Assembly: GCA_026936335.1 (NCBI GenBank)
Contig: JAPMXV010000067.1
Location: 329,356-393,355, forward strand
Reading direction: 5' to 3'
Length of the DNA: 64,000 bases
Source: Mantamonas sphyraenae STR306
Lineage: Eukaryota > Protista > CRuMs
Part shown: piece after piece, positions 1 through 14,528 of the stretch
How the letters are laid out: each line of letters opens with the position of its first letter
Position numbering within the stretch: position 1 is the first letter of the stretch
The notes under the pieces: generated by a model
The model's input: only the letters and a program-made list of their open reading frames with translations
Database searches by the model: none
What the model was told of the DNA's origin: nothing
Program-made: the position numbers and the translations under genes

Positions 1-1942
1 GGCACAGACGAAGACGTGAGCCATGTGGCCGTGCCGGGCATGATTGATGGCACCATTGCAATGAGCAACAAGCGAGACCGGTCGCCCATGGTGCCGCAGA
101 TTGTGACGAACGACGAGGAGGAAGACGACGCACAAGGACGCAGCCGTCGGGACAGCGACAGTCACGCATCTCCTTCCAGGTCGCGTGAAGAGGTCGCAAC
201 AAGCCACTCGCAACTGCCTGGTCGCTCCACGTCCACCATGTCTCGCAGCAGCTTGGATGTGCCCGTCACATTCCAAAAGGTCACTACACGCACAGTGAGC
301 ACAGACACCAGCTTCAGCTACGACCACGTCTTTACACCCAACTCGGGCGAGACCATGGGCACCTGGCTCATGGACCAGATTGGCTCCTTCGACTTTGTCA
401 TTATTATCGTTTTTAAGGGCGCCTGGTAAGTTGGCCGTTTTCTCTGGAAGGATATTGTTTCTTCTTTTCGCCTCCACACCCGCGGCTGCTGGACAGACAG
501 CGATGCGGTCCACATGCGACGGCGTTCGCTCCATTGCCCATGCCTACGCGGATGTCCCTCGACAGCCGTCGCGCTTCCCGTGCACGATTCCCGTCGTTCG
601 TCAACGGCTGACACGAGAAACGCACCGAAACGAATGTGTTGGTTGTTTGGGCACGACGGCAACAACTCTTCTCCACGCGCCACACGCTCCCCCAACACCC
701 ATACGCCTTGGACACTCGTCCCACAGGAACACCTATTGCCGCCACTACCTGCGCCTGTGGAATTCTTTGTACAGCGACATCCGCAGCTTCGACGGCGAGT
801 TGTTTGGCGTGTCCTCCCAAGGCGGCCGGGTCATGTCCGAGCTTGCGCAAGAGTTGGACCTGGACTATTGGCTCATCTCCGACGAGAAGCTGTGGTGGGC
901 CGAACGCTTCCGCTGCGATGTACTGTGGAACGACACACCAGCTGCAGAGGCTCTGAGTGACCAGTTTGGCAGCGAGTACGAACACAAGCACGGCGTGCTC
1001 TATCCATCTGTGTTGGTGTTTCAAAAGTCCCCACGCAAACTACCCTTTTGCTGGTGGTCCTCGCCACACGAGTCCTACTTGTTGGATGCGGATGTGGGAC
1101 GACCCATGCCCTCGTTTGTGTGGCACTGCGTTCAGTCCAGGCTGGGCCTCACCTCGGTCACCCTGCCCGAGTATGTGCCGACCACGGGCGTGCAGTCTGT
1201 CGACCGTTCCAAACTCAACTCCGAATGCTTCAACTGGGCCATCCTCACCTGCTGCTTCACCACAGACTCCTTCTACTGGAAGTCGAACCCGCTCGTGGAG
1301 CAAGACTTGGAACAGTACGAGCCGTTCAAAAAGACAAAGTTCATGATTCAGATGTACCGCAACCAGCACAAGACATCGGTGGTGTCCAAGGACCAGCAGA
1401 ACGCTTGCCGTGTCTTCCAGGCTGCCGTCGACGGCCTTGAGGTCAAGGCTCGGGCAAACAAGTCCACACGGCGACGTCTCAACAGCAACACAAGCGAACT
1501 ACGTCGCCAAGAAGTGTCCAACCGTAGCCGACGGTCGACCAGCAACGGCAGCAGCACGTCACGCAGCGGAAACAGTCCTGCCCTCAGTCCGCTGCCCACT
1601 CGCTACCGCCTCAGCACACAGAGTTCCCTGGACAGCTTGGCCAGCCATGCATCTCCAGCACCCGCCCAAGCCGCCCGTGGCAAGTGGGTGGTGCCACCGC
1701 GGCCCACACGCAAGGCTCCCAGCCGCTATGCCGTCTCTGCCAACGCCAACTCGGAAGCCACGTCCAAACCACAAACAGGCGGCGACGACAAAGCCAACGG
1801 CCACGAGAGCACAGAGGGGCGCAGCAACAGCTCCTCGCCCTCTCAGGCTGCACACAACGAGGTCCACGGGCGCTCTGAGCAGGACGTGTTCTCCACCTTG
1901 AGCCCAAACAAGTTGAAGAGGGCAAGGTCCGACGTGGTGTGA
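1..1942 (+). CDS. 5'-truncated protein with an AhpC/TSA (peroxiredoxin-like thioredoxin-fold) domain flanked by Ser/Arg-rich disordered regions; intron 426-726
   Basis: Frame is open from base 1. The GTAAGT...CACAG intron joins FKGAW to NTYCRHYL. The following SDIRSFDGELFGVSSQ...LDYWLISD...AERF...PSVLVF fits the redoxin pattern. Confidence 0.6.
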
Positions 1943-2553
1943 ACACACACCCCCCCCCCAGTATGTACATTTTTGGTTTTCATCAACTCCCTTACCCTCG
2001 ATACTGCGTCAAAATCAGCTGCAGGTGCCCCACTTGTCAGCTTGGGAAAATTGGCGCCAAAGCCTGTGCCCGTCGCCCCTATTCCTACGATAAGGGTGGC
2101 TTTGGTGCAGTCCACACGTCTCGCTGCCCATCCCTCTTGTCCCATAGGTTGGTTCCCTACCTTTTTCACAGCCTCGATGTCCTTGCGACGCAGCACGCGC
2201 GATTTGTTGGTCAGGGCGTGTGCGTTCCCTTCCTCTGCCAGCTGGCGGATAAAGATGCAGATTTGCAGATAGATCTGTGGGTCAACGGAAGAGAGGCGCG
2301 GGCGCGAGGCAAAAGGGGGAATAGGGATGTGGGAGAGAGAGAACAGATGGTCAGAGAGAGAGAGAGAGTGGACACACTTCCGGCTTGACCCACCATGGCC
2401 TCAACCTCGCCAGACCCTCCAACACGCAACGAGCCGTTCCCATACGCACGGAGCAGCTTGCGCAATGAGCGCTGTGGAAACGATTCGTGCTTGGTCATGT
2501 TTGATTTTTTGATTGTTTCATCAGCGCTGCTTGCACCTGCACACCTCACACCA

Positions 2554-4556
<2,003 letters not shown>

Positions 4557-5063
4557 CTACAGGCCTCCGTTTCCGTGCGTTTGTGCGAAAAGCTGACGGT
4601 CGTGTCTCGGACGAAATGGCCGAACTCCGTAGTTAGGCGCCGCTCCCTGTTGTTGTGTGTGCACATGTGTCAGCCCACTCATCCCCCCATGTCATGTCCA
4701 CACACCTTCCCTCCATCTGCGGGCCCTCCCAGCCACCCAGCAGCTCCGCTCGTGTCTTGTCACGCACGAGCGCGCGCCGGAATGAGCCGTTGCTCGGATT
4801 TCGCGCGGCGATTTGCTCCGACCACAAACCGCCTCTCGAGACACATCGACATCGCATCGGGGCCATTCGACCCACTGTGGACCCTGTGGCCACCTGCAAC
4901 AGACAATCACCCCGAATGTTTCCTCGTTTCACACCAAAGACATGGCAATTTCAAACCTACGAATTTTTGTTGTTGCGCGAGCGCAGGCAGGGTGTGTGTG
5001 TGTGTGCGTGTGTGTGTGGGTGGGTGGGTGTGGCTTGTCTGTATGCTCCACAATCCAGCGGAA

Positions 5064-8000
5064 TCAAATGTCTGTGGTCACCACACGGTCGCTGGCCTGT
5101 ACCAGCAACAGCGGTGGCAGCGAGTCGGTCAACGTGGACAAGTCCTGATGGTACTCCTGCAGATCACGCACCTGCACGTTGGCCATGTTTGGCATGGTGA
5201 TGAACAGAACCGCCGTCCGTTCGCTGTGCTTCAGAAGCAGCTCGTTCAACACCAGGTGGCGCTCGTTCGACGTCAGCGAACGGAAATTCAACTCCGGCTC
5301 TTCGCCCGAGCTCCTCTTGCTGTTGCTGTTGCTGTTGCTATTGCCGCTGCTCCCGCTGCTGTTCTTCTTGTACGAGCCGGATGATCGCTTGCCCTTGTCC
5401 CATGAGGTTGCATCCGCACCACTGCCACTGCCACTGTCACTGCCGCCGTGGTTCGCATTGGCACTCTCGCGCTGCACAACCAGACGATCGTAGCTGCGCA
5501 GATATGTGCCCTCGATGGGCACCACTACAATCTCGGCCTCGATGCGCAGATCGTCAAGCAGCTCTTGCAGGTTGCTCTTCTCCTCGGCCACCTGCTCGGG
5601 CGTGTCCACAAAATTGAGCACACGCAGGCGGGTGTTGTTCAGCCACACGTCTGTCTGCGACACAATGTGGCCCAGCAGCAGCGCAAGGCTCACTGTGTCC
5701 TGGTCCGACCATCCTCCGTCCGACACAGCCCACACGTCGATTGTCGTCATTTGCTCACGACGCTCGCCAAAGAAGCCGCGCTCTGCACCCTGCTTGGCAA
5801 TGGCTGCCTTGTCAAGCTTGTCAAAGTGTCGTGCAACCACAAGGTTCTTTTTCAGCACCGAGGCGTCGCGGACCATGGCGTAAAACTCCTCCATGTCACG
5901 AATGTTGCTGCCCTCCTCGCTGCCGCCGCCACTGCTGCTGCTGTTGTCGCGCAGGTGCGGAAACTGTTCCAGAATGGTGTACAGCTCGTCTTCCTTGCGC
6001 TTCTTGCGCAGCATCATGCTGGACGGCGTGTGTGGACGCTGGCCCTCGTTGCCCGGCTCGTAGAAGCCCACCACCACCGTGTTGGGCTTCATGCCTCCCA
6101 GACCGCACGTCAGCATCAGGTTTTGTGCACCGTTTCGCACTGTGGGCGCCACCACAACCTCTGTGAAGGCCTTGAACATGCTCAGCGACACAAGGTCCAG
6201 GTAGGCCTTTTGCAGCGAGGCAAGCTGTGCTGTGCAGTCCTCCAGCTGACCCGTGAGCACGTGGCCCAGCACAAACAGACCTCCCTTCTTCATGTTGTTG
6301 GAAAAGTCGATCAGGTTGTACGACGAGCGAGGGTTGGACACCAGCAGCAGCACCTGCGGACGCCAGTACTTGACGTGGCTCTTGCGCACGTCGAGACGCA
6401 GCAGGTACTTGCGCACCTGGTGGTAGATCAGAGCCTGCGAGATGTCGCCCCAGGACGCAGGCGGCGAGTGGTAGTGGATGTAGATGAAGAGGAGGATCAT
6501 CACCACGCAGGAGAGGGCCGCGTACACGGCCTCCACGTAGAACATGACAAAGAGGATGCCCAGCGCACCCAGAAGCGACGTTCCCCAATGGAAGTACTTG
6601 AAGTGGGGGCGGAAGTTTGGCGCACCGGTCACCGTCAATGCAAAGCACGCAAAGTTGACTGCAAAGTAGGAGATGAGAAAGAACATGGTGGCAATGGGCG
6701 CCACAATGTTCAGCTTGCCCACGACCAGGAAGGCCTGGATGAGGAACCACGAGCACATGACCGCACGGCGCGGCTCGTCCGAGCTGCCCGAGCCCTTCTT
6801 GAAAGGTGCCAGCACAGGGATGAGATCGTCGCGGGCCAGGGCCTGCAGAATGCGAGAGGAGCCAATGATGGCGCCCAAAGCAGACGAGAGGGTGGCGCAA
6901 AAGATGCCAGCTGCAACGATCCAGGGCACAGAGACGCTCTGGAGGATAAAGTAGTCGTGACGGAGGGCATGGTTGGTGACGGTGGATGCCAGGAGGACAA
7001 CCAGAAACAGGTACATGACCAGGGTGGTGCCGATGGCGGCAAGGGTGCCGCGCGGGATGGAGCGACCCGGGTTTGCCAGATCACCACTCATGTTGGCGCC
7101 TGCCATGATGCCCGTGGTGGCCGGGAAGAAGATGGCAAACACGGTCTGGAATGACATCATGCGGCCACTCTCGTAGTCCAGGCTGTAGTTGGGGTCCAGG
7201 TTCTGGGCAAAAGTGGCGTCGCTGAACGAGGTGAAGCCGATGGCCACGTTGGCCGGAGCAAAGATGAGCGAGCCCATGGACACGACAATGGCCACCATGA
7301 GGACGGCAAAGATGACAATGGAGGTTTTGGCAAAGGCCTCTGCGCCCACCAGGCAGATGACAGTGAGGAGTGCCAGGACCAGCGAGGCATACAGGAACTT
7401 GTACCAGTGGGTCTGGGGCAGCGTGTCGCCAAACGTGTGTGCCAGCGCATCGGTGAATCCCACCATGTACAAGGCTCCTGCAGCCACGTTGGCAAAGTAA
7501 AAGATGAGGCCGATGGAGCCTCCAAACTCGGGGCCAAGGGCACGGCTGATCATGTAGTACGCACCTCCTCCCTTCATCTTGCCATTGGTAGAAATGGCGG
7601 AAATGGAAAGGGTGGTCAGTGTGATCAGGGCGTAGCCAAGAAAGAACATGCCAAACGTCTCGTACAAACCGGCCTACAGGCACATGGCGCACGCCGAGGC
7701 GGGCCACACATCGATGGGTGTGATTCGCACGGAAAGCACAGCCGGACGTGTCAGTGTCGATGTTGCAAACGCGTGCGTGGCAGCGGCGGCGAGGCGAGGG
7801 AGCGAGCGTCGGAGGGAAGACCGAGCTTTGTTGCAGCAAACGGACGCAGTGAGAGACGGCGCATGCAGCCGGCGGAGCAAGCGGTGTGTGATGAGCAGGC
7901 GTATGGGAACATGCACACAAGAAGGACACTCACCTGGCCAATTTGCCATCCCAGTCGCTCAAAGAGGATGACACCGAAAATGCTGAGCATGCACGGCACA

Positions 8001-8234
8001 TACACACCCATGAAGGTGGAAAGACCGCCCGATGCAGCACCCTTGGACTGAATGGTTGAAGAACCATCTGCAGACGTTCCAGGGAGGCTCTGGTACGAAT
8101 GAAAGTCGCTCTCGCTGCGGGAGAAAGGGCAAAGAGGTTGGCTGTTGTTAGCAGGTGCCAGGGGGTGGGTGTGACCTTGCTGACAAGACGGCGCAGTGGA
8201 AAACTAACGAAGAGCCACTGGTGAATTCTTGCAT
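5064..8234 (-). CDS. SLC12A9: Cation-chloride cotransporter family, SLC12A9-like; intron 7674-7933 and a probable 5' intron ending at 8115
   Basis: LSTFMGVYVPCMLSIFGVILFERLGW|AGL, SISAISTNG..GGGAYYMISRALGPEFGGSIG, FFPATTGIMAGANMSGDL, WGDISQALIYHQVRKYLLRLD, HVKYWRPQVLLLV. Confidence 0.88.
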
Positions 8235-8295
8235 TCGTCGTTCTCGTGTGGACAACATGGAATGCGTGCGAGAAGAAATCCTTGCCTCCGCTGGC

Positions 8296-9988
8296 TCAGC
8301 GTCGCCCAAACGTCGACGTGGGAAACTTGAGCTCACTGGGAGTCACATTTGTCCCACTGATGGTCTGTTGTTCGGAAATGGCTTTGATCTCCTGCTCCAT
8401 TTCAGCAAGAATCGGCGGTTTCTTGCTGCTGAGCGAAGTGGAACGTTCGCGGCGGGTGACGATCTCCACTTCTGTCTTTTTCAACTGCGGGATGGCACAG
8501 GGCAGGAACGGAGGGGCGGGGTCAGTAACTGAACACACACACACACACAGCAGGAGCGCGGAGGACCCCGTTGCGACGTACAGATCTGCGGTTGCGCTTG
8601 GACTCTGAGCCCGAGCGAGGGCGGCCATAGGGCTGGGGGTTGGACGAGCTGCGTGCACGCTCGCCGACAGTGATGGGTTGGTCGTCTGTGGAGACGTCGG
8701 AACTGATGGAGGAGCTGCGTGCGCGACCTCCACTGCCTGGAGAGGAGACGGACTGCTGGGTCTCTTGGAACGGGGAATCCTGCTCCGGATGGGTGATGTC
8801 ATGGATGCTTGTGCGTCCCGTCTGCTGGTTGGTTTCTTTGCGCTGCTGGCGGATAAAGTACTTTTGTGCATGGCTGGCCACTTGCACCGACGTGCGTGTC
8901 TGCACAAACTCGTTTGCAATCTTTTTCCACTCGCCACGGCCGTACACCTGCAGGCCACGCAGGAACAACCGGTGCTCCTCCTCTGTCCATGCCTTTCCTT
9001 TGCTCGATTTTTTCTTCTCCATGCGTCGCTTGGCTTTGCGCTCGTCAATGAACGCTGCCGGCCTTGTTGCCTCCCAGTCCGACATCCACACGCTGTGACG
9101 GTACTTGGGCAAAGAGATCTCGCCGTTGAGGATGGACTGCATGTACGCGGGTGCAAACACGGGTGCACACAAGGTGTTTGGGGCAGAGGGGCGTTCGTGT
9201 CAGTGGGTAACGGAGAATTCGCACAAGCGCAGCAGGCTGGGCGCAGGGGACGCACCTGAACATCCTTGGCGAGCTCGTCATAGCTCTCTTTGATCTGCTC
9301 CGAGGTCTTTGTACAGTTGAGAAAGGTGCTGATCTTGTCCCAGCGATCGGTGGGGCTGAGGTCGTGGAAGATGTGCAGGCCATTTTCAAACAGCTGCTTC
9401 TCTTCGGCAGACCACACGGGAGTGGACAGGGAGATGCCATCATCTGAATTGGATGCGTGTTTCACGTCCTCCACAGAAAGAGGAAACTGTTTGCGGTCGG
9501 TGACGAGAGCGTGCGCTTGCGGAACGTCGTCTTCGTCCATGCCGTCGTCGTTGAGCCTGCTCAGCGAGTGTGTGGCTTCGTCGCCAAAGCTGCTGTCTGT
9601 GCTGCCGCTCATGGTGGACGACGTGGTCACGTTCGACTCTGTCGAACCGACCATGGCCAGAAGTGTGGAAGGCACCGAGCTGCCTGTGCTGCCCGTCGAT
9701 TCGGTGGACATGGACAACTTTAGGAAGCCGTCGTCCTCGTCTGCCAGGACACACCAACGAGACACAACCAACGCGTGTGAGCACAATCCATGGTACGCCG
9801 TTCTCCTCTCACACTTACCGTCGTTGTCCATGGACAAGCTCTGAAGAAACTGCACACCAAAGCGCACCACCTCTTTGTACGTGCGCGTGCCCACATGGCG
9901 CGTCACAGCCTCCCAGTCATGCACTCCGTACTCGCCCAGGGCTTCCAGCAAACGTGTGCGCTCGTCCGCTCGCAATGGATTGGACATG
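8296..9988 (-). CDS. MYB/SANT transcription factor with three SANT-like domains, the last of SHAQKYF class (DIVARICATA-like); at least 3 introns; start uncertain
   Basis: [29 protein letters not shown]; [13 protein letters not shown]...DRWDKI...YDELAKDVQ|[12 protein letters not shown]; [25 protein letters not shown]...[15 protein letters not shown]. Confidence 0.85.
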
Positions 9989-10508
9989 AACCCCAAAGGA
10001 GATGGCTTTTGCGATGCAGCGCGACGTCGGCCAGCTATATTTAACATGCTCGGGCATACGGTCGAGATGCGGGTCATAAACGTACCCGAACATTCTCAAC
10101 ATGTCACGAGCTAGATTCCAAGACATGGCAAATGCGCCAGGACGGACCTGGGGCAATTCGCGGACTGCCTGCGCCTGTGTTGCCTCCCTACCTCTTTGAT
10201 TCACCTTGCCTTGTCTCTCTGCATGTGTCCAGTGTCCCGTTTGTGTATGGTCCCCACCCAATCGTGTGTGCACCCCTGCTTCTGGCTTGCTTGCGCCCGG
10301 TAGCCGACGCCAAAAAGGAACATGCAATTCGCGCTCAGCTCCATTCCCTCTCCACCTCCCCTTGCCCCTCGTTCGCCATGCTCCATGCACCGCGTGCGAC
10401 GGGAAAGCACCAACGCAAATGAAACACAAATCAAACCACAAGAAGAAGCTCCCGCACGATCTTGATTTGATGATGGTTCATTTTCAGAGAGAGGAACGAT
10501 GGCGGAAA

Positions 10509-13500
10509 TCAAGCGTCGCCGACACCCTGACCCTTGGTGGCAGCACCGTCTTCGTTGTTGACAGACAGGGTAGCCATCTCGGTCTGCATAGCGTCGTCGA
10601 GCTTGCCGCGAGCGCGCAGGTTCTGCAGGATCTGCGCGTCGGTGGGGCGGTAGTTGCGGAAATAGTAGGAGAGCACGTAGTCGGGGAGCAAGCACATGAC
10701 AGGCACCAGCAGCAGCATGAGGTAAAAGAGAGGCTGGTCGATCCACATGGCCCACACGTTGTACATGTTGGGGAAGGCCTGCAGCGAGTTGAGCACGCTG
10801 ATGAAAAACACGTAGAAGGCCAGCGAGCCCCAGATGCCAAAGTGTGTCAACTTTGTCCAGTACTGCGTGACCAGACACAGCTTCAGGGTCACTGTCAGCA
10901 CGGCGTATGTGCAGGTCAGCGTTCCCATGGACCACATGCCTACAGACAGGCCGTCGCTGCGCACAATGTCGTTGAAGTCAAACACGTAGTAGGTGCTGAA
11001 GAACAGCACAAACGAGTGCCAGATGGCCGTGCCCAACCAGATGAGCAGCGAGCGCGCATTGAACATCTTCCCTTGCTGGATCTCCCGGTATGCAAACGGG
11101 AAGCGCTGGATGAGCTCCCGGCTCAGATCCTGCTCGAAGCAGCCGGTCAGGAAGATGGGAAGAGAGGTGAAAAAGATGTTGAACGCAGACAGGAGGTAGG
11201 AGTGGTACAACGTCTGGCCCGTCCAGCCGTCGTAGATTGAAAACCAGAACTGCGGAAAGGTGAAGGCCAGGTTCTTGTAGAACGAGTACTGGATGATCAT
11301 CACAATGCGCAGGTAGGACCAGCGTCCATGCTTGGCCAGCAGCGGGCGCAGGTGGCGGAACTCGGTGATGGCGTAGTCCGACGCACGCGCGGCCTGAGTG
11401 CCCTCGCGTCCAAAGATGCCCACGCCCACGTGTGCCTCCTGGATCATGGACACGTCGTTGGCGCCGTCTCCCACGGACAAACAGATCGTCTTGCCCCAGG
11501 TCTTGATGAGACGCACGACCAGCGCCTTTTCCAGGGGGGTCACACGGCAACAGATGACACTCTTGCACACGCTGGTCAGCTGCATCAGCAGAGGAGCACG
11601 CTCACGCAGGGCCCAGCCCAGCGAACGGCCACCAATCACGAGTGCGAGCGGGTTCTTGGGCGGCTTGTCCGGGTTGGTGTACATCTTGGCCCACTTGAGA
11701 AGCATTTTGCCGACGTCTTCGGTGGCAGGGCCCGCAGGCACTTCCAGAAGCTCCATGTCGTCCACGAGCAGCTTGGAGCTGTAGCCAATGTTGATGGCCG
11801 TCTCCTGCTTGTCGCCCGTGAGCACCCACACGTGGATGTTGCAGTCCAGCAGGTACTGGATGGTCTCAGCAACCTCCTCCTGCAGCTTGTCCTCGATGGC
11901 CGTGGCACCGAGCAACTTAAAGTCACGCTCCATCACATCCGACGCCGTTTCCATCTTCTGGCGGCGTGCGTCGATGCTGGCGTTGGCTTCAATCCACATG
12001 CGTTCCCAGTCCAGGAACTCGCGCTCGGACAGCTCACGCATGCATACAACCAGGGTGCGCAGACCCTCCTTGGCCATGGTGGCCAGGTGCTCGTCTGTGT
12101 TGCTCTGCAGCTGCTGGTTCGAGTCGTTGGCCAGGCGGTCAAACATGATGTTGTCGGCGCCCTTTGCGTACAAGGTCACGGTGCCGTTCTCATCCCGCAC
12201 AATGATGCTCATGCGACGACGGGCCGAGGAAAACTCGATGATGGCCAGCACCTCAAAGATGTGTTCCTGGCCGTGGATTTCCACCGTCAGGGTGGTGGTG
12301 GTCTTGCGCGTCAGAGCGTAGCCACACGACTCGGCTGCACGCAGCAGGGCGGCCTCGTCGGGCGACTGGGCCTGGTAGATGATTTGATCGGTCTTGGGGT
12401 CGCGCTCGGGCACGGCGGTGTGGCAGAGGCAAAGGCAGAGCAAAAAGTGGTGGATTTGAGCCTGCAGCTCTGCGTTGCCGCTTGCGTGTGCACTGGCGAT
12501 GGTACTGGCAGAGAACATGAGACCATTGATGGAGCACTTGGCAAACTCCATCTTGTTTTCCGTCAGGGTGCCGGTCTTGTCTGAAAAGATGTACTCGATC
12601 TGGCCGAGCTCCTCGTTGAGGTTGGACGTCTTTGCAGTCATGTGCACGACCTGCTTGCCTGCACGTGAGGCATCCAGTTCGATCTTGCCCTTGCTCTTGT
12701 TCTTGCGGATCTTGCTCAGGCGCGAGGGCTTCTGGGCAATCAGCGGGGCGTCGCCCTCGTCAAACTCGGTGGTGAGATCGAGGTCGACCTCCATAAACTT
12801 GACCTGCACCAGACGCACCAGCTCAAGGGTAACGACCAGCGAGATGGGAATCATGGTGTTGAACAGGATGAAGTAGGTGAAGAAGTTGCGAATGGCAAAC
12901 TGGACGGGCTCGAGCTCGAGGCCACCGATGTAGCCCATAACGCGCACCTCCTGGTCCTGGAAGAAGCCCGAAAAGACGGCGGCGACGAGGCAGCAGGCCA
13001 TCTGGAAGGCAAAGATGAGGATGACGTACTTGTTGAGGCGGCGCTCGGTTGTGGAGAGCTTGGAAGGCGAAGGCTGCTGGTTGAGGAAGATCTTTGTGTC
13101 GACACCGGTGTAGACAACAATGCCGTAGGCAAAGGCGGTGTTGCGCAGACGAGCGCCGCGCAGAAGCAGATTCTTTGCGCTGAGGGGCTCGTAGCTGACC
13201 ACGGCCTGCGAGACCACAGCGCTATCGGCCTCGACACTGGCCATCTGAGCATGGCTTGGGCGCACGAGCTCGCTGCTGAAGCGGCCATTGAACTCAAAGA
13301 GGTGCTCGTTGGGCGGCTCGCAGCTGATACTGCCTTGGATCTGAGTGACCTCCTGCTCGGTGCGGAAACGCAGAGTCGATGTCATGGAACGGCGCATCTT
13401 GAGGTTTGTTTCGCTGCAGATAGACGCGTGCGGGAGGTAGGAGGTGTGTGGAGGGTGAACGGGGGAGCGTGTGAGGCGCGCGGACCGGGTTGGGGTGGGG

Positions 13501-14309
13501 GCGTGGAGCGAGCGGACCGGAGGAGAAAAGAAAAAAACGGCAAACGCGCTCAAGGAAGGAAAAACGCACCCGTCAAGATTGGCTGTTTCGATGTAGCAGA
13601 TGCCTTCATCGTCGTTGCTGCTGACGGTGATCATGTCTGCGGGGAAAGTCTGGCCTCGCTGGACGTAGACGATGTCTCCCACGACGATGTCCTTGGAGAA
13701 AACGGTTTGCAAGGTGCCGTCGCGAAGCACCTCGTACTGGGCGTAGTTTGTGGCGTGGTCAGCCTTGTAGCGACCCTGTGGTGGGCAACAGGTGAAGCAA
13801 GGATGGTCAATGGGCACGAGGGTGAGCATGGGGACGGAGTCGGTTTGGGGTCGGGGCCGGTGTGGGGCGGGCAAGGAACAAATCGAGCGTATGGGACGAC
13901 GAGGCCGCAAGGAAGAAAAACGCACGTAGTCCTCGATGGCTTCCTTGATGGCCGAAAGAGTCAACACAAAGATGAGAGGCACCAAGGAGGTGATGGGTGG
14001 TAACGGTGAGATGATTCGGATGGATTGAATAATCACGACGACCAAAAAGTAGAAGTTGGAGACTCGTCGGAACTGCTCGAAAAGATTCTTGGGCAGGAAG
14101 GTGAGTGGGGTGTACTTGGTGGTGCGGATGATGTTGCTCGGGTAGCCACGCTCATCATTGGCCCGCGAGTTGTTGAACTCGACCATGTAGTCCTCTTCGT
14201 CCTGTGTGTGGGCAAGGGTTGTGTGAGGTGTTTGCACGCGGAGGAAAAAGAGGGGCCCCACAAACCAAAACACTCGGTTCCAACCACATACCATTGCCAG
14301 ATCCACCAT
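10509..14309 (-). CDS. P4-type ATPase (phospholipid flippase), three or more 5' introns
   Basis: NIIRTTKYTPLTFLPKNLFEQF, LDG|ETNLK, PISL, DKTGTLT, SPDEAAL, TGDKQET, GDGAND, C-terminal TM block. Confidence 0.95.
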   Translation of the reverse strand: MVDLAMVCGWNRVFWFVGPLFFLRVQTPHTTLAHTQDEEDYMVEFNNSRANDERGYPSNIIRTTKYTPLTFLPKNLFEQFRRVSNFYFLVVVIIQSIRIISPLPPITSLVPLIFVLTLSAIKEAIEDYVRFSSLRPRRPIRSICSLPAPHRPRPQTDSVPMLTLVPIDHPCFTCCPPQGRYKADHATNYAQYEVLRDGTLQTVFSKDIVVGDIVYVQRGQTFPADMITVSSNDDEGICYIETANLDGCVFPSLSAFAVFFFSPPVRSLHAPTPTRSARLTRSPVHPPHTSYLPHASICSETNLKMRRSMTSTLRFRTEQEVTQIQGSISCEPPNEHLFEFNGRFSSELVRPSHAQMASVEADSAVVSQAVVSYEPLSAKNLLLRGARLRNTAFAYGIVVYTGVDTKIFLNQQPSPSKLSTTERRLNKYVILIFAFQMACCLVAAVFSGFFQDQEVRVMGYIGGLELEPVQFAIRNFFTYFILFNTMIPISLVVTLELVRLVQVKFMEVDLDLTTEFDEGDAPLIAQKPSRLSKIRKNKSKGKIELDASRAGKQVVHMTAKTSNLNEELGQIEYIFSDKTGTLTENKMEFAKCSINGLMFSASTIASAHASGNAELQAQIHHFLLCLCLCHTAVPERDPKTDQIIYQAQSPDEAALLRAAESCGYALTRKTTTTLTVEIHGQEHIFEVLAIIEFSSARRRMSIIVRDENGTVTLYAKGADNIMFDRLANDSNQQLQSNTDEHLATMAKEGLRTLVVCMRELSEREFLDWERMWIEANASIDARRQKMETASDVMERDFKLLGATAIEDKLQEEVAETIQYLLDCNIHVWVLTGDKQETAINIGYSSKLLVDDMELLEVPAGPATEDVGKMLLKWAKMYTNPDKPPKNPLALVIGGRSLGWALRERAPLLMQLTSVCKSVICCRVTPLEKALVVRLIKTWGKTICLSVGDGANDVSMIQEAHVGVGIFGREGTQAARASDYAITEFRHLRPLLAKHGRWSYLRIVMIIQYSFYKNLAFTFPQFWFSIYDGWTGQTLYHSYLLSAFNIFFTSLPIFLTGCFEQDLSRELIQRFPFAYREIQQGKMFNARSLLIWLGTAIWHSFVLFFSTYYVFDFNDIVRSDGLSVGMWSMGTLTCTYAVLTVTLKLCLVTQYWTKLTHFGIWGSLAFYVFFISVLNSLQAFPNMYNVWAMWIDQPLFYLMLLLVPVMCLLPDYVLSYYFRNYRPTDAQILQNLRARGKLDDAMQTEMATLSVNNEDGAATKGQGVGDA

Positions 14310-14528
14310 GTTCGAAGCTGGAGCAGAGCGACAAGACGGTGCGGAGCACAGGACAAGTGGCGATGGGTGCTGTGTCAGTATGTGGCTGGCAAAACGACGA
14401 AAGAGAAACCGGTGAGCAAAACGCGTCTGGAGCGTGGCAAACACACAGAATGATTCACGTTGACCTGCGAGCGCAGACGCTGCACACACACAATTTCATC
14501 GAATTTCCCACGCACATCGCTGCGAATC

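Noticed and set aside
1943-2553. 600-bp gap with short ORFs between convergent genes
   Set aside because: No coding or structured-RNA signal that I can support; probably 3' UTRs.
5448-7154. Long antisense ORFs (also 11328-12584, 20705-22495, 27270-28886, 61018-62409)
   Set aside because: They mirror conserved genes on the other strand, are expected from GC-rich codon bias, and show no independent motifs.
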